Positions 1 to 8,768 of a stretch of 62,663 bases of DNA are shown here, one piece after another (within the stretch, counting starts at the first letter, position 1; every line of letters begins with the position of its first letter). This stretch comes from an uncultured Candidatus Saccharibacteria bacterium (GTDB lineage Bacteria > Patescibacteriota > Minisyncoccia > 2-02-FULL-40-12 > GWA2-44-9). The notes under the pieces are model-generated. The model was not told where the DNA came from, ran no database searches, and saw nothing but the letters and a program-made list of their open reading frames with translations. A program made the position numbers and the translations under genes. The DNA lies in contig CAZKJF010000007.1 of NCBI GenBank assembly GCA_964553025.1, positions 1 through 62,663 of the forward strand, written 5' to 3'.

Positions 1-228
1 CTGATAGGACCTAGGTTCCTCTCTGGGCGTCTTGCGACTTTACTCTTGCGAGACTATCGGGAATTAGCCAATCTTTCGACTGGTTGTGCCCGACCCAAAG
101 GCAGATACCAAGGTGTTACTAACTCGTTCGCCACTATGCAGAGGATTGCTCCCCTGCACCGTTCGACTTGCATGCCTTATCCACGCCGCCAGCGTTCATC
201 CTGAGCCAGAATCAAACTCTCTTAATAG
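1..228 (-). rRNA. rrs: 16S rRNA gene, 5' end only (continues beyond window start)
   Basis: Reverse complement of 201-220 is AGAGTTTGATTCTGGCTCAG, the universal 16S 5' site. It is followed by GATGAACGCTGGCGGCGTGGATAAGGCATGCAAGTCGAACGG. The mature 5' end is estimated to +/-5 nt. Confidence 0.95.
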
Positions 229-406
229 ATCTTCCGATGAATCGGAAGAATCGAAATTCGCTGGTTAACTACATGAAATTGACAAAGTTCTGTCCCTGGC
301 CCGACCGTTGAAAAATCTTCGTTTTTCAATAGCAGAACCACGATTATTCCCTGCGAACACGGAACAATCGTGGTTATACTACGTGTCTGGTTGTCGGACT
401 ACTTGA

Positions 407-1099
407 ATGAATGGTACCTCCATTATACTCATCCCGCCCGCCCCGTCAAGGGGCGGGCGGTTGCCAAAGGGCCCTCCCCGGGTGTATCGTAATCTCCGGT
501 ACATTCTCATGGCAATACGAGGCCGGTATGCGAGCGCGATTTCCGGCAGCCCGATCCTTCGGGCCGACACCACCCGAACTCTCTCGGTACCCGTTCTGAC
601 GAAACTCGGCCCGACCAAAAAGTCGCGGCTGATCGGCGAGATCCCGCTGGGTCCGGGCATCACCCTGAAGGCCTTCCACCTGACGACCGAACCGCTTCGC
701 CCGAACGGACCTACTGAATTCGTTCGGATAACCAAGACTGAACAGGTAGAGCGGGTACATCAAGGAACGCTTCAGCGGTTCGCGATTCCCGAATTGGTCA
801 CGATCCCCTTTCCGTTGATGCCGAATGTCGTTTCGGCCCTTCGGCGATTCACTCCGCTGGGACCGGACACCATGCTGGCGATTCTATCAGAACACCGGCT
901 TGCCGGCTGGCGCATTGCAATCCGGCGGGATCGTTCGCGGCTGATTATTCTCAAGGAAGTGACTGCCGCCAGTTCCCGGAGCATTGTCTCCGAGACGGGC
1001 CAAGGCGACACCAGCAGAGTGGTTGTACCGACAACCGCCGTCGAGCGGTTCCGGATCATTATGGAAACATGGAATACGCCGCTGCCGGCCGCCATCTGA
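407..1099 (+). CDS. hypothetical protein (GC-rich orphan; true start uncertain)
   Basis: 230-codon ORF with clear third-position G/C periodicity from about 590 onward and visibly higher GC than its neighbours. The first 50 or so codons overlap the divergent rRNA promoter, so an internal start (for example ATG 509) is possible. A hairpin follows at 1104-1128. No family recognised. Confidence 0.4.
   Translation: MNGTSIILIPPAPSRGGRLPKGPPRVYRNLRYILMAIRGRYASAISGSPILRADTTRTLSVPVLTKLGPTKKSRLIGEIPLGPGITLKAFHLTTEPLRPNGPTEFVRITKTEQVERVHQGTLQRFAIPELVTIPFPLMPNVVSALRRFTPLGPDTMLAILSEHRLAGWRIAIRRDRSRLIILKEVTAASSRSIVSETGQGDTSRVVVPTTAVERFRIIMETWNTPLPAAI
422..449 (-). promoter_or_regulatory. sigma70-type promoter reading toward the 16S gene (TTGACG-16 nt-TATAAT)
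   Basis: On the minus strand the -35 TTGACG is the complement of 444-449 and the -10 TATAAT is the complement of 422-427. This predicts a leader of about 190 nt to the 16S 5' end. The -35 sits in the loop of an 11-bp GC hairpin (434-460). Confidence 0.6.
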
Positions 1100-1103
1100 A
1101 CCG

Positions 1104-1128
1104 ACCGCCGCTCGTTCCGAGCGGCGGT
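1104..1128 (+). terminator. hairpin terminator between convergent ORF 407-1099 and trmD
   Basis: ACCGCCGCTC-gttcc-GAGCGGCGGT, a 10-bp stem, followed on the plus strand by TATTACTTTG. Confidence 0.55.
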
Positions 1129-1130
1129 TA

Positions 1131-1787
1131 TTACTTTGATCGAGAATATTTCCTGCGCCATTCGGCGATTTTCCGATGATCGCCCGAAAGCAATACTTTG
1201 GGGACGCGCAGTTTTTTCTTGTCCCAGACGATGACCTCTGGGCGCGTATAATGGGGATGCTCGCGCGTCGCGCCGTCGGAAAAACTTTCGTTGGCCGTCG
1301 ATTCTTCCTTGGCGACGGCGCCAGGCACCAGGCGCGTTACGGCTTCCATGACGACCATCGCCGGCACCTCGCCGCCAAAGAGCACATAATTGCCGATTGA
1401 GATTTCTTCATCGGCCAGTTCATCAATTACCCGCTGGTCAATGCCTTCGTAGCGGCCGCAAATCAGTACGAGCTGATCATACTTCGCCAAACGCCGCGCG
1501 TCGGCTTGGGTGAATGTTTTGCCCTTCGGGTTAAAAACGATAACGCGGGATTTCTTAGCCGGTTTTATCTTGGCCAGCGCCCGGGCGATCGGCGCAAACA
1601 AAAATACCATGCCCGCTCCGCCGCCATATGGCCGGCCGTCGATCGTCCCCCGCTCGTCGCCCGAATATTTCCGGAGATTGCAGGTTCGGATTGAGATCAA
1701 TTTCTTGGCCCGGGCGCGCGCAATCAGAGCTTCGTTCGCAAAGCTTTCAAAAAACTCGGGAAAGATGGTGACAATATCAAATTTCAT
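1131..1787 (-). CDS. trmD: tRNA (guanine37-N1)-methyltransferase
   Basis: 218 aa. MKFDIVTIFPEFF N-terminus plus RPYGGGAGMV and GRYEGIDQRV motifs typical of TrmD. Confidence 0.95.
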   Translation of the reverse strand: MKFDIVTIFPEFFESFANEALIARARAKKLISIRTCNLRKYSGDERGTIDGRPYGGGAGMVFLFAPIARALAKIKPAKKSRVIVFNPKGKTFTQADARRLAKYDQLVLICGRYEGIDQRVIDELADEEISIGNYVLFGGEVPAMVVMEAVTRLVPGAVAKEESTANESFSDGATREHPHYTRPEVIVWDKKKLRVPKVLLSGDHRKIAEWRRKYSRSK

Positions 1788-1812
1788 TCTACATATTGTA
1801 CAATAAAATTAA

Positions 1813-1834
1813 GCGGCCCGCAAGAGCGGGCCGC
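1813..1834 (-). terminator. rho-independent terminator
   Basis: GCGGCCCGC-aaga-GCGGGCCGC, followed on the minus strand by a T-rich TTAATTTTATT. Confidence 0.75.
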
Positions 1835-1837
1835 AAG

Positions 1838-2299
1838 TTACGGCAACGCGATTTTGAAATCTTCCCTATCAAAACGGAAAAACGGCACCGAGCGGAATCT
1901 CCGGCCGGCCCGCTCGCAATTCACCTCGTCCCACTTGAGCGGCTTCATCGCCTTCACATATCCATCCCGCTCAATGATTCGGATCCACTGGACAATGTGC
2001 TTGAGCTCATGAGCAACGGTGTGGCTCAATTCCTCACGATCTTTCAAGACATACTCTGCGATATATATCTGGAAAGAATACGACGGAACAAGCGACGGTT
2101 TTGGCTGCCCCGCCGCCCCATTCGGCACGATTCCCTTGATATACACCTGGATCGTGGTCTGATTTAGAATTGCACCGGAGACGCCCATCTGGCGAAGCAC
2201 ATATTCAAATGCGCTGGTCCGAACTCCGCGCGGAAGTACGGTATCGGAAAACAATTTTTTCCGCTGCTCCGGCGTGGGCTTTCTGTAAAGAACCTTCAT
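1838..2299 (-). CDS. hypothetical protein with HExxH zinc-metallopeptidase-type motif
   Basis: 153 aa containing HELKH. Has its own terminator. No further family assignment possible. Confidence 0.6.
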   Translation of the reverse strand: MKVLYRKPTPEQRKKLFSDTVLPRGVRTSAFEYVLRQMGVSGAILNQTTIQVYIKGIVPNGAAGQPKPSLVPSYSFQIYIAEYVLKDREELSHTVAHELKHIVQWIRIIERDGYVKAMKPLKWDEVNCERAGRRFRSVPFFRFDREDFKIALP

Positions 2300-2339
2300 A
2301 CTGACCTGTCTGTTTGTATCACATCAAAGAAAAAAGGAG

Positions 2340-2358
2340 AAGCCCGCAATGCGGGCTT
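2340..2358 (-). terminator. rho-independent terminator
   Basis: AAGCCCGC-aat-GCGGGCTT, followed on the minus strand by CTCCTTTTTTCTTT. Confidence 0.75.
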
Positions 2359-2363
2359 GATGA

Positions 2364-2738
2364 TCAGAGTTTAACGCGAGAATTTTTATATACAGAGGGG
2401 TGCATCTTTGATATTCTCCAAGAACTGGCAGAATTATACACGGCCAACATGACAAATGCCGCGATAACGCCTGCCGGGAAAAACATAATCCTGTTGATTC
2501 GGACAACAATAGCCAGCAAGGCAAACAGTAAAACAATAAAAATAACGAGCGACACATTCAGCCTCCGCCGATATATACGGTTCGAGGCAACCAGCGTATC
2601 CCAAAGTTCTGCAACCTCAATAAGGTTAAAGGCATGACCGCAGCTTGAACAAAATACGACTTGGCCGCATTCAATATTCTTGAATTCAAGGCACGCCGCA
2701 CACTGGATTTTCATAGAACCGCCGAAACTATACATCAA
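2364..2738 (-). CDS. zinc-ribbon membrane protein (hypothetical)
   Basis: 124 aa. N-terminal CxxC...CxxC (CAAC...CSSC) followed by two hydrophobic helices. Confidence 0.6.
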   Translation of the reverse strand: MMYSFGGSMKIQCAACLEFKNIECGQVVFCSSCGHAFNLIEVAELWDTLVASNRIYRRRLNVSLVIFIVLLFALLAIVVRINRIMFFPAGVIAAFVMLAVYNSASSWRISKMHPSVYKNSRVKL

Positions 2739-2740
2739 AC

Positions 2741-2766
2741 AAAACCGGCCCGCAAGGGCCGGTTTT
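2741..2766 (-). terminator. rho-independent terminator
   Basis: AAAACCGGCCC-gcaa-GGGCCGGTTTT; a T-run follows on both strands. Confidence 0.8.
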
Positions 2767-2767
2767 G

Positions 2768-3127
2768 TTACATATCGAATCCTTCCATCACGTCTTCCAC
2801 GGTCTTGGACTTGCCGCCGTCTGCAGCCGGAGTCATGCGGCCGCCTTCCGGTTCTTCAATGCGCAAGTTCACGCGCGCATTATTGCGCATACCGACGATG
2901 CGGGCCAGCGTACGTACGGCCTTGGCCGTCGTGCCGCTCCGACCGATCAGCAGTCCCATGTCTTCTCGGGAAACTTTCACCGACAGCAAAACGCCGAGCT
3001 CATCCACGGTTCGCGTTACCTGGACAGCATCAGGGTTGTTGACGATGGCTTTGATGATGTATTCCACAAAATCGCGATCTCGATCCACACTCATGACTTC
3101 AAACAGCCGCTGCGATAGAAGATTCAA
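2768..3127 (-). CDS. KH-domain RNA-binding protein (YlqC/UPF0109-like)
   Basis: GxxG loop LIGRSGTTAKAVRTL. Sits in the usual trmD neighbourhood. An alternative start at 3094 (MSVDRD...) is possible. Confidence 0.85.
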   Translation of the reverse strand: MNLLSQRLFEVMSVDRDRDFVEYIIKAIVNNPDAVQVTRTVDELGVLLSVKVSREDMGLLIGRSGTTAKAVRTLARIVGMRNNARVNLRIEEPEGGRMTPAADGGKSKTVEDVMEGFDM

Positions 3128-3245
3128 TCAAGGATAGAATCCTGCATCTCAACTGGGCTTCGTTAATTCGGTATTTCGCTAAAAAGCAATACGGACATAC
3201 TACCGGAAACATAACAATAGTCAACCAGCGACGCCTGTCCTCTCA

Positions 3246-5726
3246 TCACACGACGAAATTAATCAGCTTATCTGGCACAAATACGGTTTTTTTCACAGTT
3301 TGTCCGGCTAGATGGCGGACAATATTCTCATCAGCGCGGGCTAACGCATCAATTTCCGCCTCTGAACGGCCTGGAGTAACGGCCAATGCCCCACGAACCT
3401 TGCCGTTTATCTGGACAATGAACCGGACTTCCTGGCGGCCCAAGAGAGCTTGGTCATATTCCGGCCATGGTTGGTGATGGACCGACGGCTCGTTAGCCAA
3501 TACTTCGGCCCATAATTCTTCGGCGATATGCGGCGCAAACGGCGCCAGAAGTTTTACGATCACCTCATACTGCTCCTTGGCCAGTTTTTGCCCCGCCGAG
3601 GCGTCCTCCAGTTCATTCAGCAATTTCATGAGCCCGCTCACGCCCGTATTAAACCGGTGGAATTTAATATTCTCCCCCACCTCTTTGATTGCCCGGTGAA
3701 TCGCCACGGGAATATCCGCTGACCCGGTTTCCGAAAGCTTCGCGTCATTGTATCGCTCGAAAAAATTCCAGATACGATCCAAAAATCTCCGAATGCCCAG
3801 CACGCCGTTGAAATTCCACGCGTAGTTCTGATCATAGGGCCCGAGGAATGCGAAATACATGCGCACCGTATCAGCGCCGTATTTTGCAACTTCCTTGTCC
3901 GGGTCCACCACGTTGCCTTTTGATTTGGACATTTTCTGGCCGTCCGGGCCAAGAATCAGCCCGTGATTGCGCCGGCCGATGAACGGTTCGGGAAAATCAA
4001 CCAAATTCAAACTTCGAAGCGCTTTGGTAACAAAGCGCGAATACAAAAGGTGCATGGTGTTGTGTTCGGCGCCGCCGAAATACATCGGCACCGGCAGCCA
4101 TCTCGCCATAGTATCCTTCGCTGCAAACGTTTCCTCATTGGCAGGATCGGCGTAACGCATATAATACCATGACGAATCCACGAATGTGTCCATAGTATCC
4201 GTCTCGCGCTCGGCAGGCTTGCCGCACTGCGGGCATTTCACCTTCAGCCATTTCTCGGCTTTGGCCAGCGGCGAGCGGCCGTCGTCGGCAGGCAAGAAAT
4301 TATCCAGCGACGGCAGTTTGACCGGTAATTTGTCTTCTGGGACCGGCACATAGCCGCAATCGGCGCAATGGATCATCGGAATCGGCACGCCCCAATACCG
4401 CTGGCGCGACAGCACCCAATCGTGGAGCCGATAGTTTTTCTTCTCTTCGCCCAGGCCCTTCTCTTTTAAAACTTCTAATATTTTTCTTGTTGCAGCAAAT
4501 TGAATTAAGCCATTGAGATTTCCTGAATTTATAAGCTGACCTGAACCAAGATAGGGTTTTTCTCCTCTTAAAAATTTATTTTTCTCATTTTGAATAGCCA
4601 CTTCATCATCTGGCCGAGCAATAATATTTAGCTCCTGTGGCTCTATTACCACTCGGACCGGCAAGTCGTATTTCTTTGCGAATTCAAAATCACGCTCGTC
4701 ATGCGCGGGTACGGCCATAATTTGGCCGGTACCATAGTGGCCCAGCACATAGTCGGCGACCCACACGGGAATTTCTTCTCCGGTCATAGGGTTGATCGCC
4801 TTCACCCCGGTATCGACGCCCGTCTTTTCTTTGTTCTCCTGGCGTTCAAGTTCCGTTTTCTTGAGACTGGCAGCCACGTAGTCCCTCACCTCCGCCGAGG
4901 CATCGCCTTTCGAATCTATCCATTTTTGGGCCATCTCCGGCGAAATAACGAGAAAGGTAACGCCGAAAATAGTATCGAGGCGGGTCGTAAAGACTTTGAT
5001 ATGCGCTTTTTCCATGCCCTTGATCGGAAACGTGATCACAGCGCCTTCGCTGCGGCCAATCCAATTCTCTTGGGCTTTCTTGGTCGCATCCGGCCAATCC
5101 AGGTCTTTCATGTCATCCACGAGCCGGTCGGCAAACGACGTGATCTTGAACATCCATTGCGACAGCTCGCGCTGCTGAACGGCCGTCCCGCACCGCTCGC
5201 ACTTTCCGTCCACGACTTGCTCGTTGGCCAGGACCGTCTTGTCCTGGGAGCACCAGTTTACCGCCGTCTTGGCGCGGTAGGCCAGGCCGGCCTTATGGAG
5301 TTGGAGAAAGATCCATTGCGTCCAGCGATAGTACTCGGGTTCAATCGTTGAAACAGCGCGCGACCAATCGAACCGCGCGCCCATCGACTGCAGCTGCTTC
5401 GTCATCGTCTTGATGTTTTTCTTGGTCCAGTCGCGCGGATGAATGTTGCGCTTAATGGCCGCGTTCTCGGCGGGCAGACCAAATGCGTCAAAGCCGATCG
5501 GATACATGACATTGTATCCGATCATCGAAAGATAGCGGCCATAGATGTCGGGCACGGCAAACGCGTACCAATGGCCGGTATGCAAATCGCCCGAAGGATA
5601 CGGAAACTCGACCAGAAGCATGAAATTCCGTTTTCCATCCGAGAAATCGGCGGCCTGATGCAGTTTATTGGCATCCCAATATTTCTGCCATTTCTTTTCG
5701 ATCTTTGCGGGGTTGTATATGGCCAT
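3246..5726 (-). CDS. leuS: leucyl-tRNA synthetase
   Basis: 826 aa. The HIGH-type motif is PYPSGDLHTGH and the KMSKS motif is present (QKMSKSKGN). Confidence 0.97.
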   Translation of the reverse strand: MAIYNPAKIEKKWQKYWDANKLHQAADFSDGKRNFMLLVEFPYPSGDLHTGHWYAFAVPDIYGRYLSMIGYNVMYPIGFDAFGLPAENAAIKRNIHPRDWTKKNIKTMTKQLQSMGARFDWSRAVSTIEPEYYRWTQWIFLQLHKAGLAYRAKTAVNWCSQDKTVLANEQVVDGKCERCGTAVQQRELSQWMFKITSFADRLVDDMKDLDWPDATKKAQENWIGRSEGAVITFPIKGMEKAHIKVFTTRLDTIFGVTFLVISPEMAQKWIDSKGDASAEVRDYVAASLKKTELERQENKEKTGVDTGVKAINPMTGEEIPVWVADYVLGHYGTGQIMAVPAHDERDFEFAKKYDLPVRVVIEPQELNIIARPDDEVAIQNEKNKFLRGEKPYLGSGQLINSGNLNGLIQFAATRKILEVLKEKGLGEEKKNYRLHDWVLSRQRYWGVPIPMIHCADCGYVPVPEDKLPVKLPSLDNFLPADDGRSPLAKAEKWLKVKCPQCGKPAERETDTMDTFVDSSWYYMRYADPANEETFAAKDTMARWLPVPMYFGGAEHNTMHLLYSRFVTKALRSLNLVDFPEPFIGRRNHGLILGPDGQKMSKSKGNVVDPDKEVAKYGADTVRMYFAFLGPYDQNYAWNFNGVLGIRRFLDRIWNFFERYNDAKLSETGSADIPVAIHRAIKEVGENIKFHRFNTGVSGLMKLLNELEDASAGQKLAKEQYEVIVKLLAPFAPHIAEELWAEVLANEPSVHHQPWPEYDQALLGRQEVRFIVQINGKVRGALAVTPGRSEAEIDALARADENIVRHLAGQTVKKTVFVPDKLINFVV

Positions 5727-5775
5727 AAAGTAACCTCACTATATCTGAAATCTTCTTTTTTATCAAAACCTAAAC

Positions 5776-6567
5776 CTAAATTTGAAAAACTTTTCGAGTA
5801 TTTTCAGTGGTTTGAACAATGATTTTTTCAAGCGGTTCGTCTTTGAGTTCGGCCAATTTTCGAGCCACTTCCATGACATATACCGGCTCATTGCGCTGGC
5901 CGCGATGCGGCTCCGGCGCCAAGAATGGCGCGTCGGTTTCAAGAAGAATCCGATCGAGTGGAATAAATTTCACCATTTCATCATATTGGCGTGCAAAGGT
6001 GAGAATCCCGTTGAAGCCAATATAAAATCCGAGATCAAGATACTGCCGAACTTCATCGATACTGCCGGTGAATGAATGGGCAATGCCGCCGCGAAGCGGC
6101 GGATTGTTTTTTAAAATCGCAATCATGTCGGCATGGACTCGGCCTGTAGAACCTTTCGCCGCATCACGCGAATGCAATACAATCGGCATATTCATACGAA
6201 CACCTAAAGCCAATTGTTCCTCAAATCGTTTCTTCTGAACAGCTTGATCGTTTGAATCGGGAGTTCGATAATAGTCCAAACCAATCTCCCCCATGCCGAC
6301 AACTTTCGGCATTTTTAAAAGAGCCTCGTACTGCGTGGGATCAAACACTTCATTCAGATTATCATTCGGGTGGAGCCCGACCGCTGCCCACATGCGTTCA
6401 TGCTTCTGGGCAAGCTCAATTCCCTGCCGCGAAGTTTCGAAATCAACGCCGATACAGATCATGCCGACGCCCGCGCCGAAGGCGCGGGCGATCATTTCGT
6501 CCCGATCAGCGTCATACTGCGCCAACTGGGGATGGCAATGCGAATCGATAATTTGCATATCGTCCAT
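5776..6567 (-). CDS. tatD: TatD-family metal-dependent hydrolase
   Basis: 263 aa. IDSHCHP N-terminal metal motif and TatD-like layout (LETDAPFL). Confidence 0.9.
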   Translation of the reverse strand: MDDMQIIDSHCHPQLAQYDADRDEMIARAFGAGVGMICIGVDFETSRQGIELAQKHERMWAAVGLHPNDNLNEVFDPTQYEALLKMPKVVGMGEIGLDYYRTPDSNDQAVQKKRFEEQLALGVRMNMPIVLHSRDAAKGSTGRVHADMIAILKNNPPLRGGIAHSFTGSIDEVRQYLDLGFYIGFNGILTFARQYDEMVKFIPLDRILLETDAPFLAPEPHRGQRNEPVYVMEVARKLAELKDEPLEKIIVQTTENTRKVFQI

Positions 6568-6576
6568 TTCGGCCGT

Positions 6577-8088
6577 CTACAGGCGCGGAAATAATCCCGC
6601 GCCTTTTTTAATAAGAAACTTGTAGCCGTCGATCTGCGAAATCACCGGCTCGGCTCCAAATGTTTCCCGAATTTTATCCACCGTATCCGGCATAAACGGT
6701 TCGAGCATGTTTCCAATGCGATACAAAAGAAACACAGCATTGGTCATAACCGTCAAAAATTCCGACGCATTTTCTTTAACCAACGACCACGGTTTTTTAT
6801 CGTTAATATAGCCATTCGCCGTTCCAATCAATGCCCACACGTCCGCAAGCGCCTCGTGAAGCTTGAAAGAAGCGATATGCTCGTCGTATTTTTTCTGAAT
6901 TATTTCAACATTCCCGATGAGTTCTCGCTCAACAATCGAAGCGTTATAGATCAATTCGCCGTCCATATTGCCGTCGATCAGCGTGGCTACGCGCTGGACG
7001 AGATTGCCAAGGCCGTTTGCCAGATCGCCGTTATAGCGCTCGATTAATTTTTTCTCGGAAAAATCACCGTCCTCGCCCGATGGGATTTCTCGGAGCAAGA
7101 AATAGCGGACGGCGTCCAGGCCATATTTCTGGACGATAAGGAACGGATCTACGATGTTCCCGAGCGATTTGGATATTTTTTGGCCGTCGACGCCGACAAA
7201 ACCATGAATGAGAATCTGCTTGGAGTTCGGCAAGCCTGCAGACATGAGCATCGCCTGCCAAATGGCGGACTGCTGGCGGAGATTATCTTTGCCGGCAATT
7301 TGGACCGCTTTTAATTCGGCTGGCGTACCCCAAAAATCCTCGAAGTGTTTCTCGTTTTCGGGCCAGCCAAGCGTGGAGATATAGTTGACAAGCGCGTCGA
7401 ACCAGACATACATTACCTGCTTCTCGTCGCCCGGCACCGGCACGCCCCAGGGCATTTTTTCTTTAAGCCGCGAGATGCTGAAATCGCGGAGACCTGATTC
7501 GACGAAACTCTTGATTTCATTGAAACGGAATTCCGGCAGCACGAAATCAGGATGTTCTTTGTAGAACTTCAGGAGCGGTTTTTGGAATTTTGAGAATTTA
7601 AAGAAATAGTTTTCTTCTTCGATTTCCTCGATGGGCAGATTCGGGTGCAGAACGCAGCGGCCATTTTCCAGTTCGGAATCAGTTTTTTCGAGCTCGCAGC
7701 CGACGCAATATTTCGTCTTATATACAGCAGTATAGATGTCGCCGTTTTTGAGACAGCGATCCCAGAACTCCCGAGCCGCGGCTTGATGCCGCGGCTCGGT
7801 CGTGCGGATAAAATTCGTCGCGCTGATATTGAGCGTTTTTAAAAGTTTCTCGAATTTTGCCGCATATTCATTAACGTAAGCCTGCGGATCCTGGCCGGCT
7901 TCTAACGCCTTGCGATATATCTTGATGCCATGCTCGTCGGTACCCATATTGAAGACAACCTCCTCCCCGCGCGCCCGGTGAAAGCGGGCAACCACGTCAG
8001 CCTGAACCAATTCCAACGCAAACCCGATATGCGGATCAGCATTCACATACGGTAATGTCGTGGTGATGTAGAAAGTTTTTTTGTCCAT
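6577..8088 (-). CDS. metG: methionyl-tRNA synthetase (short form)
   Basis: 503 aa. TTTLPYVNADPHIGF (HIGH) and KISKSLGN (KMSKS) motifs, plus a CxxC zinc knuckle. Confidence 0.97.
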   Translation of the reverse strand: MDKKTFYITTTLPYVNADPHIGFALELVQADVVARFHRARGEEVVFNMGTDEHGIKIYRKALEAGQDPQAYVNEYAAKFEKLLKTLNISATNFIRTTEPRHQAAAREFWDRCLKNGDIYTAVYKTKYCVGCELEKTDSELENGRCVLHPNLPIEEIEEENYFFKFSKFQKPLLKFYKEHPDFVLPEFRFNEIKSFVESGLRDFSISRLKEKMPWGVPVPGDEKQVMYVWFDALVNYISTLGWPENEKHFEDFWGTPAELKAVQIAGKDNLRQQSAIWQAMLMSAGLPNSKQILIHGFVGVDGQKISKSLGNIVDPFLIVQKYGLDAVRYFLLREIPSGEDGDFSEKKLIERYNGDLANGLGNLVQRVATLIDGNMDGELIYNASIVERELIGNVEIIQKKYDEHIASFKLHEALADVWALIGTANGYINDKKPWSLVKENASEFLTVMTNAVFLLYRIGNMLEPFMPDTVDKIRETFGAEPVISQIDGYKFLIKKGAGLFPRL

Positions 8089-8765
8089 TATTGCGGTGCG
8101 ATAACAACGACGAATTCCCCAAGCAGGTTGTTCTTGTTGGCCTGGATTTTGGCATCGATATCGGCGAGCGTGCCCCGATACACGGTTTCGAACTGCTTGG
8201 TCAGCTCCCGAGCGACGATCAGCTTCCGATGGCCGATCTTGGCGATCGCATCCAATTCTTTCAAAGCTTTCAGGACGCGGTGCTTGGATTCGTAGAATAC
8301 CACGGTTTCCTCGGTCGCGCCAACCCGTTCGAAGAACGTTTTACGGCCTTTTTTGTGGGGTGGAAAACCGAGAAATAAAAACCGGTCGCTCGGAAAACCA
8401 CTGATCGAAAGCGCGGCGATAGCCGCGTTCGGCCCCGGAATCGGCAAAATCGTCTCATGCGGCAACTCCTTTAAAATTTCCTGGATCAGATAGTTACCTG
8501 GATCATTCACGCCAGGCGTACCCGCATCCGAGACCAAGGCCACTTTTTTGCCCGATTGCAGGAGAGCGATAATTTTTTCAATGGTTTGCTCGCCGGAATG
8601 CTGGTGATACGAGATAATTTCTTTCTTAATATTGTAGTGATCAAGAAGCTGGCGCGTAACCCGGGTATCCTCGGCCAGGATCACATCTGCATTGGTGAGG
8701 ACGTGCACAGCCCGAAGCGTAATGTCCGAGAGATTGCCGATTGGCGTCGCAACGATGGAGAGCAT
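8088..8765 (-). CDS. rsmI: 16S rRNA (cytidine1402-2'-O)-methyltransferase
   Basis: 225 aa. VATPIGNLSDIT N-terminus and the tetrapyrrole-methylase fold typical of RsmI. Confidence 0.92.
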   Translation of the reverse strand: MLSIVATPIGNLSDITLRAVHVLTNADVILAEDTRVTRQLLDHYNIKKEIISYHQHSGEQTIEKIIALLQSGKKVALVSDAGTPGVNDPGNYLIQEILKELPHETILPIPGPNAAIAALSISGFPSDRFLFLGFPPHKKGRKTFFERVGATEETVVFYESKHRVLKALKELDAIAKIGHRKLIVARELTKQFETVYRGTLADIDAKIQANKNNLLGEFVVVIAPQ

Positions 8766-8768
8766 GGC

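Noticed and set aside
1-228. Intron or homing-endonuclease insertion in the 16S gene (common in CPR)
   Set aside because: The 228 nt visible are collinear with the canonical 16S 5' domain. Nothing can be said about the remainder, which lies outside the window.
772-1161. 129-aa minus-strand ORF downstream of trmD, where rplS is often found
   Set aside because: The translation bears no resemblance to ribosomal protein L19, overlaps the trmD 3' end and runs antisense to the frame with coding periodicity.
3528-5822. Several 60-216-aa plus-strand ORFs inside leuS (similar cases lie inside polA, pnp, infB, pilB, recG and the GT genes)
   Set aside because: They lie entirely within and antisense to, or out of frame with, long genes with confident motif-based identification. 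They have no start context and are treated as shadow ORFs.
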